NCBI GenBank assembly: GCA_963726195.1
Contig: CAVSBO010000003.1
Coordinates: forward strand, 672,001 to 736,000
Reading direction: 5' to 3'
DNA: 64,000 nt
DNA from: Candidatus Thorarchaeota archaeon
Lineage (GTDB): Archaea; Asgardarchaeota; Thorarchaeia; Thorarchaeales; Thorarchaeaceae
Below the pieces are notes generated by a model. It did not search any database. It was given only the letters and a program-made list of their open reading frames with translations, and had not been told where the DNA came from. Both the position numbers and the translations under genes were made by a program. Positions 1-10,121 of the stretch are shown here, one piece after another. The first letter of the stretch is position 1, and each line of letters starts with the position of its first letter.

Positions 1-464
1 TAGTGGCTCACCACCAAAAGGACAACATCCTCATCATCGGTATGTACTTGGACCAGCTGAAGATTATTGCCGATGAACTCGGAGCCCCGCTGATTACAGG
101 AAAGACCGGGAATGATGAGCGTCAGGAACTCTATGATGAGTTCCGCCACGGGCGAATCAAGACGTTGGTCGTGTCAAAGGTCGCCAATTTCGCTCTCGAC
201 CTTCCGGATGCGAACGTCGCCATTCAGGTTTCTGGAACTTTCGGTTCCCGTCAGGAGGAGGCTCAGAGACTTGGCCGCATATTGAGACCAAAGGTCGATG
301 GTAGTCTTGCCCGATTCTACTCGATTGTGACCAAGGACACTCGTGACATGGATTTCGGAGCAAAGAGACAACTGTTCCTTACTGAGCAAGGATATCAGTA
401 CGTCATAGCCTCAGCAGAGGAGGAAGTCTGGAAGCAACCGCCAGAATCTCTCTGCACAGTGTAG
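1..464 (+). CDS. xpb: XPB/Rad25-family DNA helicase, C-terminal part (truncated by window edge)
   Basis: SF2 motifs V/VI typical of XPB: VSKVANFALDLPDANVAIQVSGTFGSRQEEAQRLGRILRPK, and RQLFLTEQGY. Confidence 0.93.
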   Translation, partial: VAHHQKDNILIIGMYLDQLKIIADELGAPLITGKTGNDERQELYDEFRHGRIKTLVVSKVANFALDLPDANVAIQVSGTFGSRQEEAQRLGRILRPKVDGSLARFYSIVTKDTRDMDFGAKRQLFLTEQGYQYVIASAEEEVWKQPPESLCTV

Positions 465-548
465 AACCAATCACTTCCTGTACTCTGCAGCATATCACTT
501 CTTGGCCATCGGTTCCAGCGTTTCGATTGTCGCTTCCTGTCAAACGCC

Positions 549-1517
549 CTAGACGGTCAGATATGACCTCAGGTAATCCATCTTCTGATTGACGTAGGCT
601 GCAACTCTCGTGCCTACATCGGGAGTGACCAAGTCGGGCTCGATCATTTCTCTTTCAAGATTGGCTAGGAAGCCTATGCTCCAGCCGATAGCTGATGCTA
701 GGGCGAGCGGAACGAGAGCCTCAATCTTTGAGGCCTCAGCAGACTTGGCGAAGACGCCCCCCTGAACGCGATGATCTCTTGCTCCCTCAACCTGACTGAT
801 CAAGTAGGCCAAGTCGAAGAGCGGCTCTCCAACGCAACACGATCCCAGGTCTAGCAGGAGTACTCTATCTCTCTGAAGTACTATGTTGGACTCCTGCAAG
901 TCCCCGTGCATTGTCTTCTCGGACCAGACACATGATGCATCCATATTCATTCTGAGTTCCTTCACCGCCTGACCAAAGGAACTCACTGATATCGTCAAAA
1001 GAGAGGATGGGCTTGAGGGACCTTTCGTGCTGCGGGCCACGAGTTCCGCTATATGTTTCAGATAGTCGGAAGCTTTCTTGTAAGACGGAATTCCCGTCGG
1101 ACGCAGCTGTGACAGAACTGATATCGCTTGTCGCAACATTTCCAGGCTGGACATAGGCATCTGGTCGAGCGACGAAGGGATTGTTCCTTCCACATACTCA
1201 GTCATCATGAATGGAGTATGCATGTCATCTTCAAGACGTCCGAATTGAACTGGCCTAGGGCATAGACCTTTGCGAAACAGGAAGTCCATGACTCCGTATT
1301 CTTGAGCATAAGGATGCGTACGGTGAGGACCTTTGAGTGCCGGGAATTTCAGAACGTAAGTCTGCTCAGGCGTGCGTGCAATCAAGGAGATGCTGTCCCA
1401 GCCGCCTTGGGCTTCCGAGCCGACAGTAATCGAGCCTCTGCCGCGCCATACGTCGTTCACCAATCGACCGAGTTCATGCAGGTCATGACCGTGCACCTGA
1501 GTGATTCTCGTCTTCAT
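549..1517 (-). CDS. Aminoglycoside phosphotransferase/choline-kinase-like phosphotransferase
   Basis: YVLK, HGDLQESN catalytic loop and LLDLG motif; start moved to ATG 1517 (MKTRIT), preceded by GAGGTGAGG. Confidence 0.8.
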   Translation of the reverse strand: MKTRITQVHGHDLHELGRLVNDVWRGRGSITVGSEAQGGWDSISLIARTPEQTYVLKFPALKGPHRTHPYAQEYGVMDFLFRKGLCPRPVQFGRLEDDMHTPFMMTEYVEGTIPSSLDQMPMSSLEMLRQAISVLSQLRPTGIPSYKKASDYLKHIAELVARSTKGPSSPSSLLTISVSSFGQAVKELRMNMDASCVWSEKTMHGDLQESNIVLQRDRVLLLDLGSCCVGEPLFDLAYLISQVEGARDHRVQGGVFAKSAEASKIEALVPLALASAIGWSIGFLANLEREMIEPDLVTPDVGTRVAAYVNQKMDYLRSYLTV

Positions 1518-1602
1518 GACTGCCTCACCTCGTGAAGCAATGCTGCCCGGGAGAGCGTGACCGCAATGTGCTGCCTTCTTGAGAGTCATAGCATTCCAAG
1601 GA

Positions 1603-2727
1603 CTATGCTTTCTTGTCCGCCAATATATCCCCGACCGACGCGAGCAATGCAGACAGGTGAACGAAAGGATTCTTTCCTTGTTTCATTCGAAAGTCGATTT
1701 CGGCAATTCTCTGCACTAGAGTGTTCTTGGTTTCATCGTCTAGCGGTCTCTTCACGACATCTCTCTGGATCTGAAGACACACCTCGTCAGCCGTGTATCC
1801 TTCTACGGCCAAGAGCTCTTTCATCAGGTCTCTGGACTCAGCAAAGGAACCCTTCGCTGCCAATGAGACCATGCGGCGCACAGCGCTCACGATCCGAGAC
1901 TCGGAACACTCATAGACAATATCCTCAGTGACCTTTGCGACACCTGCCGCAGAGACCTGAAGAAGGTTCAAGGCACGCCGCATGTCACCCGACGACTCTT
2001 TGGCGATGGCAGTAAAGGCGGCATCATCTACTCGGATGTGTTCTCTTGTGGCAACATCAGTCAGGCGCATAACTACGGCCTCATCTGCGAGCGCGGGGAA
2101 CTTCAGAAGGAGACACCGAGACAAGATTGCAGGACTCCATCCAGTCAATGATGGCGTGATGAGAATGAAACGGCAGGCATCGCTGTAGATTTCCATCGTG
2201 CGGCGTAGAGACTGTTGCATGTTCGTGTCAAGAGCGTCAGCCTCGTCTAGTACTAGGTACTTAATCATCTCACTACTGACTGTCATTGTGGAGGCAAACA
2301 TCCTGATAGCTTCGTGCAGGAGCTGGCTCTTGTTTGGTTCATGGGCCTTACCTTTTAGGGCGATGCCAGTTTTCGCCTCGCGATACACGGCAGACATGAA
2401 TTCGTCCAACTCAGTGCGCTCGCTTCGGTCCAGTTTTGCCAAAGCTGCTAAATCACGCTTTGCTTTTGCAACGGACATGTCCCTAAGGTCACGAATGTTG
2501 AGGTACTGAAAGTTTGCTGAGTATGTATCGCCTAACAGCTCATGGGCAAAGACTAGAGCTGCGCAGGACTTTCCAGTTCCGGAAGGACCAAGGAATATCA
2601 TGTTTTGCGCGGCCTTTGACTGAGCAAGGCCTTTCAATTGCCGGATGACCTCATCTTGACCAACGAATTCGTCCCAAGTATGCGGAGAGTATTTGATAGA
2701 CCAGAGCACCGGCTCCAAACGTCGCAC
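1603..2727 (-). CDS. rfcS: Replication factor C small-subunit paralog with ~60-aa insertion
   Basis: WSIKYSP box, Walker A GPSGTGKS, DEADAL, QQSLRRTME, SRC arginine finger, GDMRRALN. Confidence 0.9.
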   Translation of the reverse strand: MRRLEPVLWSIKYSPHTWDEFVGQDEVIRQLKGLAQSKAAQNMIFLGPSGTGKSCAALVFAHELLGDTYSANFQYLNIRDLRDMSVAKAKRDLAALAKLDRSERTELDEFMSAVYREAKTGIALKGKAHEPNKSQLLHEAIRMFASTMTVSSEMIKYLVLDEADALDTNMQQSLRRTMEIYSDACRFILITPSLTGWSPAILSRCLLLKFPALADEAVVMRLTDVATREHIRVDDAAFTAIAKESSGDMRRALNLLQVSAAGVAKVTEDIVYECSESRIVSAVRRMVSLAAKGSFAESRDLMKELLAVEGYTADEVCLQIQRDVVKRPLDDETKNTLVQRIAEIDFRMKQGKNPFVHLSALLASVGDILADKKA

Positions 2728-2868
2728 CAGTGAAACGGGTTAAAGGATGACAAGATAAGTTTGCCCTTACCACCTTCGAATAGGCAATCGTCAACTGTTC
2801 CGTGCGCGCTTGCTGATAGCACAACCAAAATCGTCATAAACAGCTGATATGAGGCTCGTTGGTTACAA

Positions 2869-4611
2869 ATGTCAAAGGAAACGCTCGAACAGGAACTTGA
2901 GCACCTGCTGAGAGAGGACCTCCTTGCCGCCTGCCAGTTCTGGGGCGTGCAAGTGACTGGAACTGCTTCAGGGACATCCCTCATCAAACTCCTTGCTGAG
3001 ATGATGAAATCAAAGGAGGGCAGGGAGAGGATTTTCCATTCCTTTGACCAGAAGGAAATTGACCTACTAGGAATGCTCACGCTTAGCGGAGGAGCCATGA
3101 GCTATGACAGGTTGAAGCCGTACAGGAAGATATACAGTTACGGCCAGTTGAACCAAACCGAGCGAGATCTGCGGAAGAAGGGCGTGATCGTAAGACGTGT
3201 CGTGTCTAGGCTTACCGAATATGGCCGAGAAGTCGCAGAATTCAAGATTCTAGATTTCCTCGTCCCACACCTTGTCAAGTTTTTCTCAGAGAAACCCACA
3301 CCTGTAACCGAGAAACCGAAGTCAATCAGAACAACCATCGATTACAGAGACACACTGCTAGTGGACATGCTTCTTCTTGTGTCCTACCTCGCCAAAGAGG
3401 ATGTGAAGATGACATCCTCTTGGGAATTCCCCAATAGGGACATCGACCGCGTCGTGCAGGCAATGTCAGAACCGACGGCTGAACGGTTTGACCTTGTCCA
3501 GAAGGCAGCACGCAAGGCAAGTGCGTATTCCATCATCGAGAACGACAAAGCGGTTCCCTCCAAAGTAGATGTACTGTTTGCTGGACGACAGGAACAGGTC
3601 GCTCGTCGAATACTGTTTTCCGCACTTGGCCGTTCGAGAGCAATCTGGGCAACACCTGACCAGCCGACAGAATACACTCTCAACCTAGTGATTTGTCGGC
3701 TGCGTGAATGTACTGTGAAGGATTGGATTAGTGTCGCAGAGCTTCGTGATTGGATTCGTGCCGAACTGTTCGCCGACAACCAGCCATTGAAGTGGATTCA
3801 AGTTGACGAAGACCGAGTCAGTACAGCTCTTGAAACGCCTGTTCTACTTGGCCTCCTGCAGGCTGCGTACAAAGGAAAGAAGATCCAAGCAGTCAATCTT
3901 ACCCCGGTTGGTGCAGCGGTCATAGCAAACCAACCCCTTCCTCCGACAGAGACTCGGGAATCGTTTTTCGTCCAGCCAAATTTTGAAATCACGGTATTCA
4001 CATCTGAGATGGACTATTACAAGCTCTATCAGCTCATGCTTTTCGCTGAACCAGTCAAGACTGATGTCGTGAGCACGCTCAGGATTACTGACAAGTCAGT
4101 ATTCCAGGCAATAGAAATGGGTCTCAGAGAGCGGGACATTCTGGGATTTCTCGAGAAGGAGAGCAGCAAGCCAGTCCCAGCAAACGTTATTCGATCGGTC
4201 AAGGACTGGGTTTCACAGGCTACCTTCGTCACCATTACGCAAGTGTTCATGCTGGAGACAGACAGTGAGAAGGACCTTGAGAAGCTGATGCTGATTGAGG
4301 ATTTCAAGCAGAGTGTGGTGAGAAAAGTGGGACCTACCGCGGTCGTGTTGCAGGGCGACGTCGACAAGTTGTCAGAAGACCTCCGCAAGCACAAATGCAA
4401 CATTACGAGAGCAGACAAGAAGAAGGCTGAACCCGAAGTAACGCCGGGTGCTGCGGTGGCCGAACAGGTCTTATTATACGGAGACCAAGCTGTCACCGAG
4501 GCTCCTGAAGATTGCGAAGGCTGCCCAGCCCTTCAGTCGTGTAACAAGGTTGTCAAGCGAAAGCGCGGACACCACGAGGAGAACGTAGGTGAAGAAACCG
4601 ATTCTTCCTGA
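2869..4611 (+). CDS. Helicase-associated (Helicase_C_3 / XPB-N / p52-clutch-like) domain protein
   Basis: FFVQPNFEI...LRITDKSVFQAIEMGL...ILGFLEKESSKPVPANVIRSVKDW matches the XPB-N/Tfb2 clutch pattern; C-terminal CxxCx5C. Confidence 0.75.
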   Translation: MSKETLEQELEHLLREDLLAACQFWGVQVTGTASGTSLIKLLAEMMKSKEGRERIFHSFDQKEIDLLGMLTLSGGAMSYDRLKPYRKIYSYGQLNQTERDLRKKGVIVRRVVSRLTEYGREVAEFKILDFLVPHLVKFFSEKPTPVTEKPKSIRTTIDYRDTLLVDMLLLVSYLAKEDVKMTSSWEFPNRDIDRVVQAMSEPTAERFDLVQKAARKASAYSIIENDKAVPSKVDVLFAGRQEQVARRILFSALGRSRAIWATPDQPTEYTLNLVICRLRECTVKDWISVAELRDWIRAELFADNQPLKWIQVDEDRVSTALETPVLLGLLQAAYKGKKIQAVNLTPVGAAVIANQPLPPTETRESFFVQPNFEITVFTSEMDYYKLYQLMLFAEPVKTDVVSTLRITDKSVFQAIEMGLRERDILGFLEKESSKPVPANVIRSVKDWVSQATFVTITQVFMLETDSEKDLEKLMLIEDFKQSVVRKVGPTAVVLQGDVDKLSEDLRKHKCNITRADKKKAEPEVTPGAAVAEQVLLYGDQAVTEAPEDCEGCPALQSCNKVVKRKRGHHEENVGEETDSS

Positions 4612-5623
4612 GGAGCTAATCGGGCATTTTCTGGGAGTTGGCAGCGTCGGAGAGACGGACCCAAAGGTGCCTCTGTCCTACGTGAAGCCACTGCGAGTCC
4701 CGTATGCTTACGAACTCCCGACGCTCAGAGAAGAAGACATGATCAGACGGTTTGCCTCACTGGTTGATGGGTTCGAGGAAAAAGACGACTTCGTCATGGA
4801 TGTCGACATGTATTCGTACAGGGATATGACCGAGGATGATTCGCCCCTCTTGCCAGATGAAGCTCATGCGCACAGTTTGTACTCGATGATTGAGAATGCC
4901 TCTTATGATTTCTTCAAGACCCAGCAGGCGGCGCCAAGTACAATGTGCTTCAGTACTCGAGGGGCCGATGGGAAGCAGTTGGTAACAAGAGCGATGTTTC
5001 ACTTCTACTCATCATTGATGTCGAGGGCAGCAAGAGGGCAAGCAAAGCATCTCTCTCAATGGAGTAGGAATCTCATTCTGTGTCAAGATGATCCAGCACT
5101 CGGATTCGTGTCAAAGATGCTACAGGAAGGAAAGGGAGAAGGCCTGACTCTCAAACATATCATTCAAAGCACAGAGAAGGTGTACCCTGAGGGAGTCATA
5201 CCTGCGTACCACTTCTGCGATGACTGGAGAAAACTCACCGAAGACGATTGGTACATTCTATGGGACGGCCCGCCTAAAATCATTCACATCGATTTGCTGT
5301 CGTTTAGTCCTGACATAGATTCGAAACACGCTGAGAAGCTGAATTCGTTCCTCGACAGGGGAGGAAGCATTGCACTCGGCATTCTCCCGAACGTCGACAG
5401 CGGCTTCGCGAAGCCCGTAATTGAGACGCTCAGACAGAACTTGGCGAGAACACTGCAGTCATTTCACAAGAGCGGTGTCAACGTGAGCCTTCTCGATGAC
5501 CGCGCCATGATCTCCACACAGTGTGGCCTCTCAAGGGCGAGCAGCTCGCTGTGCAGAGAGATACATGGAAAGAGCAAGGAGTTCCCGCTTATTCTCAAGA
5601 AAGCAATCAAGAGCCTCAGCTGA
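4589..5623 (+). CDS. Cobalamin-independent methionine synthase catalytic-domain-like (URO-D/MetE fold) protein
   Basis: QDDPAL, HxC Zn motif (YHFC), FLDRGGSIALGILP, STQCGL; overlaps upstream gene by 23 nt. Confidence 0.6.
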   Translation: MKKPILPEELIGHFLGVGSVGETDPKVPLSYVKPLRVPYAYELPTLREEDMIRRFASLVDGFEEKDDFVMDVDMYSYRDMTEDDSPLLPDEAHAHSLYSMIENASYDFFKTQQAAPSTMCFSTRGADGKQLVTRAMFHFYSSLMSRAARGQAKHLSQWSRNLILCQDDPALGFVSKMLQEGKGEGLTLKHIIQSTEKVYPEGVIPAYHFCDDWRKLTEDDWYILWDGPPKIIHIDLLSFSPDIDSKHAEKLNSFLDRGGSIALGILPNVDSGFAKPVIETLRQNLARTLQSFHKSGVNVSLLDDRAMISTQCGLSRASSSLCREIHGKSKEFPLILKKAIKSLS

Positions 5624-5712
5624 AAAAAACAACTCGACCTCTCTTCCAACGTTCACGAGATATGCTTAATAAAGGCGTGAGCGGCGCTATCGCAAACTCT
5701 GTGGTGTTGTTC

Positions 5713-6549
5713 ATGGCAGAGTCAGGCAAGAAACCGGGCAGGGTCATGAGCTTTGTTCAGGGGTACAGACTGAAGATGCTCATCCCTGAGCTGCTTGTTG
5801 TCTTCGGTGTATGGTACATGAGCCCGAATTCGCCAAAGATCAACGTCTATCTCTTCCTTGGGCTGTTTTCCTTCATCGCCCAACCGGTCTACTTCATTCC
5901 AAGTGGGCTGTTGCTTCTTGTCACAGCGTTCATGCTTCACGGAATCTACCCATTAGACAACTATCACGAAGGCAAGATTCCTACTCTTCCAAAGGCAGCC
6001 GTCTTGATGATTCTTCTAGCGTTCCTCTTCCTCCCGCTCCTAGTCGCTTTTCAGATGATGGGGTATTTCATGACAGAGGCAACAGAGTACATTGGCCGAA
6101 ACGCTCTATGGGAGCGCATGGAGAGCATCGGTGATTTGTTCTTCTATGCCGGGCCGATGTTCTTCCTCGCATTCCAGTGGTGGCTCTTCATTCCTGTCTT
6201 GTTCTTGTCAGAGGCTGTTGATGGTATACACAAGATAGCCCACCATGAGACGTCCAGTGTGAAGGTAGCTGTGCTGTTCTACTTCCTATGGCCCGTTTCA
6301 ATGCCATTCTTCTTCAATCCAGTTGAAATCATGGCAATGGCCGCTCTATCCATTCCTGCTTTCGCGTTCTACTCGTACATCAGGCCCTACTATGCATACG
6401 TCACTGCTGTACATACTCTGACATTCGCCCTACTCGTCGTCGTGACAATGGTGTTGGGACAATGGATGCCTTTCGTAAGCATGTGGTTCCCTGGATTCAT
6501 ACCGCCGCACGTACCGCCAAGACTCTGGCCGCCGATACTGCCGCCATAG
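5713..6549 (+). CDS. Hypothetical polytopic membrane protein, Pro-rich C-terminus
   Basis: About 7 hydrophobic segments; start at ATG 5713 after GGTG. Confidence 0.75.
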   Translation: MAESGKKPGRVMSFVQGYRLKMLIPELLVVFGVWYMSPNSPKINVYLFLGLFSFIAQPVYFIPSGLLLLVTAFMLHGIYPLDNYHEGKIPTLPKAAVLMILLAFLFLPLLVAFQMMGYFMTEATEYIGRNALWERMESIGDLFFYAGPMFFLAFQWWLFIPVLFLSEAVDGIHKIAHHETSSVKVAVLFYFLWPVSMPFFFNPVEIMAMAALSIPAFAFYSYIRPYYAYVTAVHTLTFALLVVVTMVLGQWMPFVSMWFPGFIPPHVPPRLWPPILPP

Positions 6550-6550
6550 A

Positions 6551-6853
6551 TTAATTTGAGTTTGCGGCAGTTGGCTTTCGGCCAGCTTCCTCAGTGTCCT
6601 CTTCACGCAGCTTGTGCTTGAACGGTCTTCCCTGACCGTAGATTCTGGGGTCGTCATTCCTCGTCTTTGACATGATGGCGGCGAAACCAATTATCTGAAT
6701 GACCAGAGCAATCATGCTGATGAGGAACACTTCTCCGAAGTACTCGTGCGTAAAGAGCCGGTAGAACCATATGGTCGGGTAGGCGAACGCTTGGATTATT
6801 ATCCCTGCCAGAAGCATCAGTATCCACCTGTTCGTCCAGTTGGCACGAGCCAT
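6551..6853 (-). CDS. Small 2-TM hypothetical protein
   Basis: Two hydrophobic helices and a charged tail; GGTGA upstream of ATG. Confidence 0.7.
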   Translation of the reverse strand: MARANWTNRWILMLLAGIIIQAFAYPTIWFYRLFTHEYFGEVFLISMIALVIQIIGFAAIMSKTRNDDPRIYGQGRPFKHKLREEDTEEAGRKPTAANSN

Positions 6854-6927
6854 ATGCGATCACCCTCAAGAGTTCGGGTTGACGCGCTTGGTTGCCCGAC
6901 AGTTAAAGGTAGCTATGACGTCAATCT

Positions 6928-7893
6928 CTATGCTCTGTAACTCTCCTGAAGTAGTTCAACAAGCTCAGCTGCTAGAGCTCGGAAATCACCTTTTGAGACA
7001 AATGGAACCTGACTGCTACGTTGAGGAATGTCAAATCTTCCAACGATGACGGCTACGTCCTTATCCATTGAGAACTCAAACAGTGCAGGATATCTCGTCA
7101 TTAGCTTTGCGCGCCTTGTTTCTTTGTTTGCGATCTTACCTTTGTAAATCGTGCCTACGAGATACGGATACACGAAACCTGACTTGGACACTTGTACCTT
7201 AATCATGACAGTGTCGGGAAGACCTTCAACGTAGGCTTTGCATTCAGCATCAAGGATTGCGTGCATTTCACCACGCTCACCTACCTCGACACTGACCCCT
7301 GCTTTTATGCCTCGAACAGCAGCGAGTTCACGCGTGTATCTGTAAGAATCTCCAGACAGCGGGGGTTTGAAGAAGGTCTTCGGATCAATCTTCACTATCC
7401 TGTAGCCGACAAGAAAGCCAAGTACGGAGACTACGCCATACTGAATCACAATCAGGATGGACGAGTCAACGAAGTTCCCAAAGACGGGTGGCTCGAACTG
7501 CTGATAGAGCACACTAAGGACTCCCAGACCAAGCGAGACTGGAAGGAGTACGCAACAAGTCAGTCCTTCTGCAGCATGGGCGTAAAGGTCACCATAAGCT
7601 CTCTCATGTTCCTTGACCATGTGTTCGTATTCTGGGAAACTGGCCCAAACAGTATCGTGTTTCCATTCACCTGGAATGTAGTCAATGGCTCTCTTTGAAG
7701 CAGCTCCCATGGCCCCGGAGAAGAACAGAACAAGAGTGGGTATCCCGAAGAACGCTACCAGCAGAGAGCTCAGGCCAGGCAGGCTCGTGATTCTGTACCA
7801 TACACCGAGAACAACGAAAAGGGCAACCAGCATCGGAAAAGATTGATTGACCTTGCGCTGCCTGCTGTAGTCGATGACTCTTTCTTCACTCAT
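6928..7893 (-). CDS. Hypothetical 4-TM membrane protein, paralog C of tandem triplet
   Basis: Start overlaps upstream stop (ATGAGTGA); shares motifs with the next two ORFs. Confidence 0.8.
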   Translation of the reverse strand: MSEERVIDYSRQRKVNQSFPMLVALFVVLGVWYRITSLPGLSSLLVAFFGIPTLVLFFSGAMGAASKRAIDYIPGEWKHDTVWASFPEYEHMVKEHERAYGDLYAHAAEGLTCCVLLPVSLGLGVLSVLYQQFEPPVFGNFVDSSILIVIQYGVVSVLGFLVGYRIVKIDPKTFFKPPLSGDSYRYTRELAAVRGIKAGVSVEVGERGEMHAILDAECKAYVEGLPDTVMIKVQVSKSGFVYPYLVGTIYKGKIANKETRRAKLMTRYPALFEFSMDKDVAVIVGRFDIPQRSSQVPFVSKGDFRALAAELVELLQESYRA

Positions 7894-8857
7894 CCGTCTC
7901 ACGCTTCGCCCCGCTAGCCCCACCGCTTGTGCCACTTAGTGCAGCACGACCTATTCCGAGCTCGGTCATCAGTTCGTCAAGTATCTCATCACTGCCCTTT
8001 GCTTTTACGTACTCCGCGACGCATTTGCTTACCATCTCTTTCAGCACACGCTGTAGAGAAGCGCTATGGTCCATCAGTGGAGCGGCGAATTCCATAATCC
8101 CTGATTCAAGACTGACCTTTGCCACGACACTGGAAGGCTCGGCCGATTTGTCAAATTCAACCTCGACCCACGCTGAGTTCTCTATGCCTTCAATCCGGCC
8201 CACTGCATGGGGACTCCGAAGGGTGTAGTAGCCTCCACTTTCGCCAATGGACAGTCTGACTCCAGCCCAAGAAACTCCAAGGGTGTTTTCGAGCGACCCA
8301 ACAGCCGAGCTTAGAGGCCGAACCCTAACAACAGGGAAACTCACGGTGGCGTCATTTGGAACTACAAGAAACACAACCCGCAAAATAGCCAGCCCGAGAG
8401 CCATTAGCAGCAATCCAAACAAGTACGGGGCCCATCCAGACGCCTGTTGGAAGTAATCCACAATCATGAGTGGCAAGAGGAGAGCAATCACGGCAATAGT
8501 AGTGGTAAGCAAAGCAAGGGGAACATCGAACCTGCTCTGGAGATGTGAGTATCCTTTAGTGTATTCTGCCACTACGTGCTCGAACTCGTCATATTTGATC
8601 TCTCTCTCCTCGAAGTTCCATTGGATGGGACCTACAGAAACCCTCTGTTTCATCCTCCATGAAAGAAGGACCAACGGTGCTAGCATTGTTCCCATCACGG
8701 CTGCAGCCAGGATAATCCAACGGCCGGGATCTGACCACGCTGTCAGTAGTCCCGACTGAGAGAACTCCTCTCCCGCAACAACCCACAACAATAGCACGAG
8801 AAAAGCGATAACGTAGTATGGGAGGAGCGACTTGTATACAACAACCTCCTTAGACAT
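7886..8857 (-). CDS. Hypothetical 4-TM membrane protein, paralog B of tandem triplet
   Basis: Same architecture: 2 TM, W-x-F-E..EY..Y loop, 2 TM, soluble beta-rich domain. Confidence 0.8.
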   Translation of the reverse strand: MSKEVVVYKSLLPYYVIAFLVLLLWVVAGEEFSQSGLLTAWSDPGRWIILAAAVMGTMLAPLVLLSWRMKQRVSVGPIQWNFEEREIKYDEFEHVVAEYTKGYSHLQSRFDVPLALLTTTIAVIALLLPLMIVDYFQQASGWAPYLFGLLLMALGLAILRVVFLVVPNDATVSFPVVRVRPLSSAVGSLENTLGVSWAGVRLSIGESGGYYTLRSPHAVGRIEGIENSAWVEVEFDKSAEPSSVVAKVSLESGIMEFAAPLMDHSASLQRVLKEMVSKCVAEYVKAKGSDEILDELMTELGIGRAALSGTSGGASGAKRETDE

Positions 8858-8922
8858 CAGGCCGTCTCCATGTCAGAGATGTATGTTAGGGAGAGTTAGC
8901 AGTTTCGGTGCTTGCCATGTCG

Positions 8923-9924
8923 CTATTCAATACCAAGGAGGCGAAGCTCTTGTTTCGCAAGACTGCCATTGACTTCCTTCCGCACGTATTCTAAGAGGAT
9001 CAGAGCAATGGCGTTCTTGGTTACAAGTCTTACGTCTTTCACACCGAGCTCTCGAATCCGTGACGGGATGGGGTTACGAACATAGTAGCCATCTCTGTCA
9101 TCGAGAGTTTGCTTCAGGAAGTTCCGGTCTCCGGAATCCCAAAGCCAAGATGTGCCCCACGAACCATCAGGTCCTCGCAGGACACATACAACCTTAGATA
9201 GCGATTTCAGCTCTTCAGAGGCCGACTCGACGTATGCTTCGTTTTCAAAACCGGAGAAGCGCAGAATCACACGGGGGTTCCTGTAGACACTGAAATCACC
9301 GCTGCGTCCCTTCTCCATCACTATTCTTACGGAAGACACGTTGGGAACACTGTGTTGCAACCTAGCCACCCATAGAGCTTCGCGAATCAAGGGCAGTCGA
9401 AAATCCGGCGACGCTGAGTTTGATGTTGCCCGATATGCACCGTAGAAGGAGACAATGTCGATGCATAATACTATCACCACAGACAACGTCTGAATCCATG
9501 GAGCAATTGCTCGATTCATGAAGAATGAGTAGTATGGGAGTGAGAGTTCGAGAACAATCAAGATAACCGGGACATGGAAGTACCAAAACCTGCTAAGTGG
9601 TACCATGCGGCCGTATCGCTTGACGTAGTCCTTGACCAGACTCCCGCATTCTTCTGTTTTCAGCTGAACGGTCTCGAATCGCCAATCCGGACGTGAGTGG
9701 TTAACCGCTGATTTCTTCGCCTTCCATCCTAGGCAGAATCCGGCGATTGCAGTGTACAGGGGTATGCCCAGAAAGCAGAACAGAACATGCAAGTAGTCAA
9801 AATCGGAGACAGGTGCGAGGATAGGGACAATGATGTAGGTGAGCAACACCACGAAAACAGTTTCGAGAAGGAATAGGGCCCAGATGCCCTTCATCGATCT
9901 GAAAACAATCGGAGAATCTGACAT
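8923..9924 (-). CDS. Hypothetical 4-TM membrane protein, paralog A of tandem triplet
   Basis: Same architecture and motifs as 7886-8857 and 6928-7893. Confidence 0.8.
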   Translation of the reverse strand: MSDSPIVFRSMKGIWALFLLETVFVVLLTYIIVPILAPVSDFDYLHVLFCFLGIPLYTAIAGFCLGWKAKKSAVNHSRPDWRFETVQLKTEECGSLVKDYVKRYGRMVPLSRFWYFHVPVILIVLELSLPYYSFFMNRAIAPWIQTLSVVIVLCIDIVSFYGAYRATSNSASPDFRLPLIREALWVARLQHSVPNVSSVRIVMEKGRSGDFSVYRNPRVILRFSGFENEAYVESASEELKSLSKVVCVLRGPDGSWGTSWLWDSGDRNFLKQTLDDRDGYYVRNPIPSRIRELGVKDVRLVTKNAIALILLEYVRKEVNGSLAKQELRLLGIE

Positions 9925-10121
9925 CCAAGAACCGTCCTTCATCTGGACGGCACACCGCCTGTGTCTTTAAGAATTGCTCGCCAAGTATCGATGGCAATCC
10001 GGTTCCTTCACGTTCGGAGACACACCTGTGTGTGAGGCATGCAAGAGCCCTGTGAGACCGACGGTAACGCTTATTAACGGGAAAGTGTTAACAATTGTGA
10101 AGAGACGGAGGTAATAGTGCT

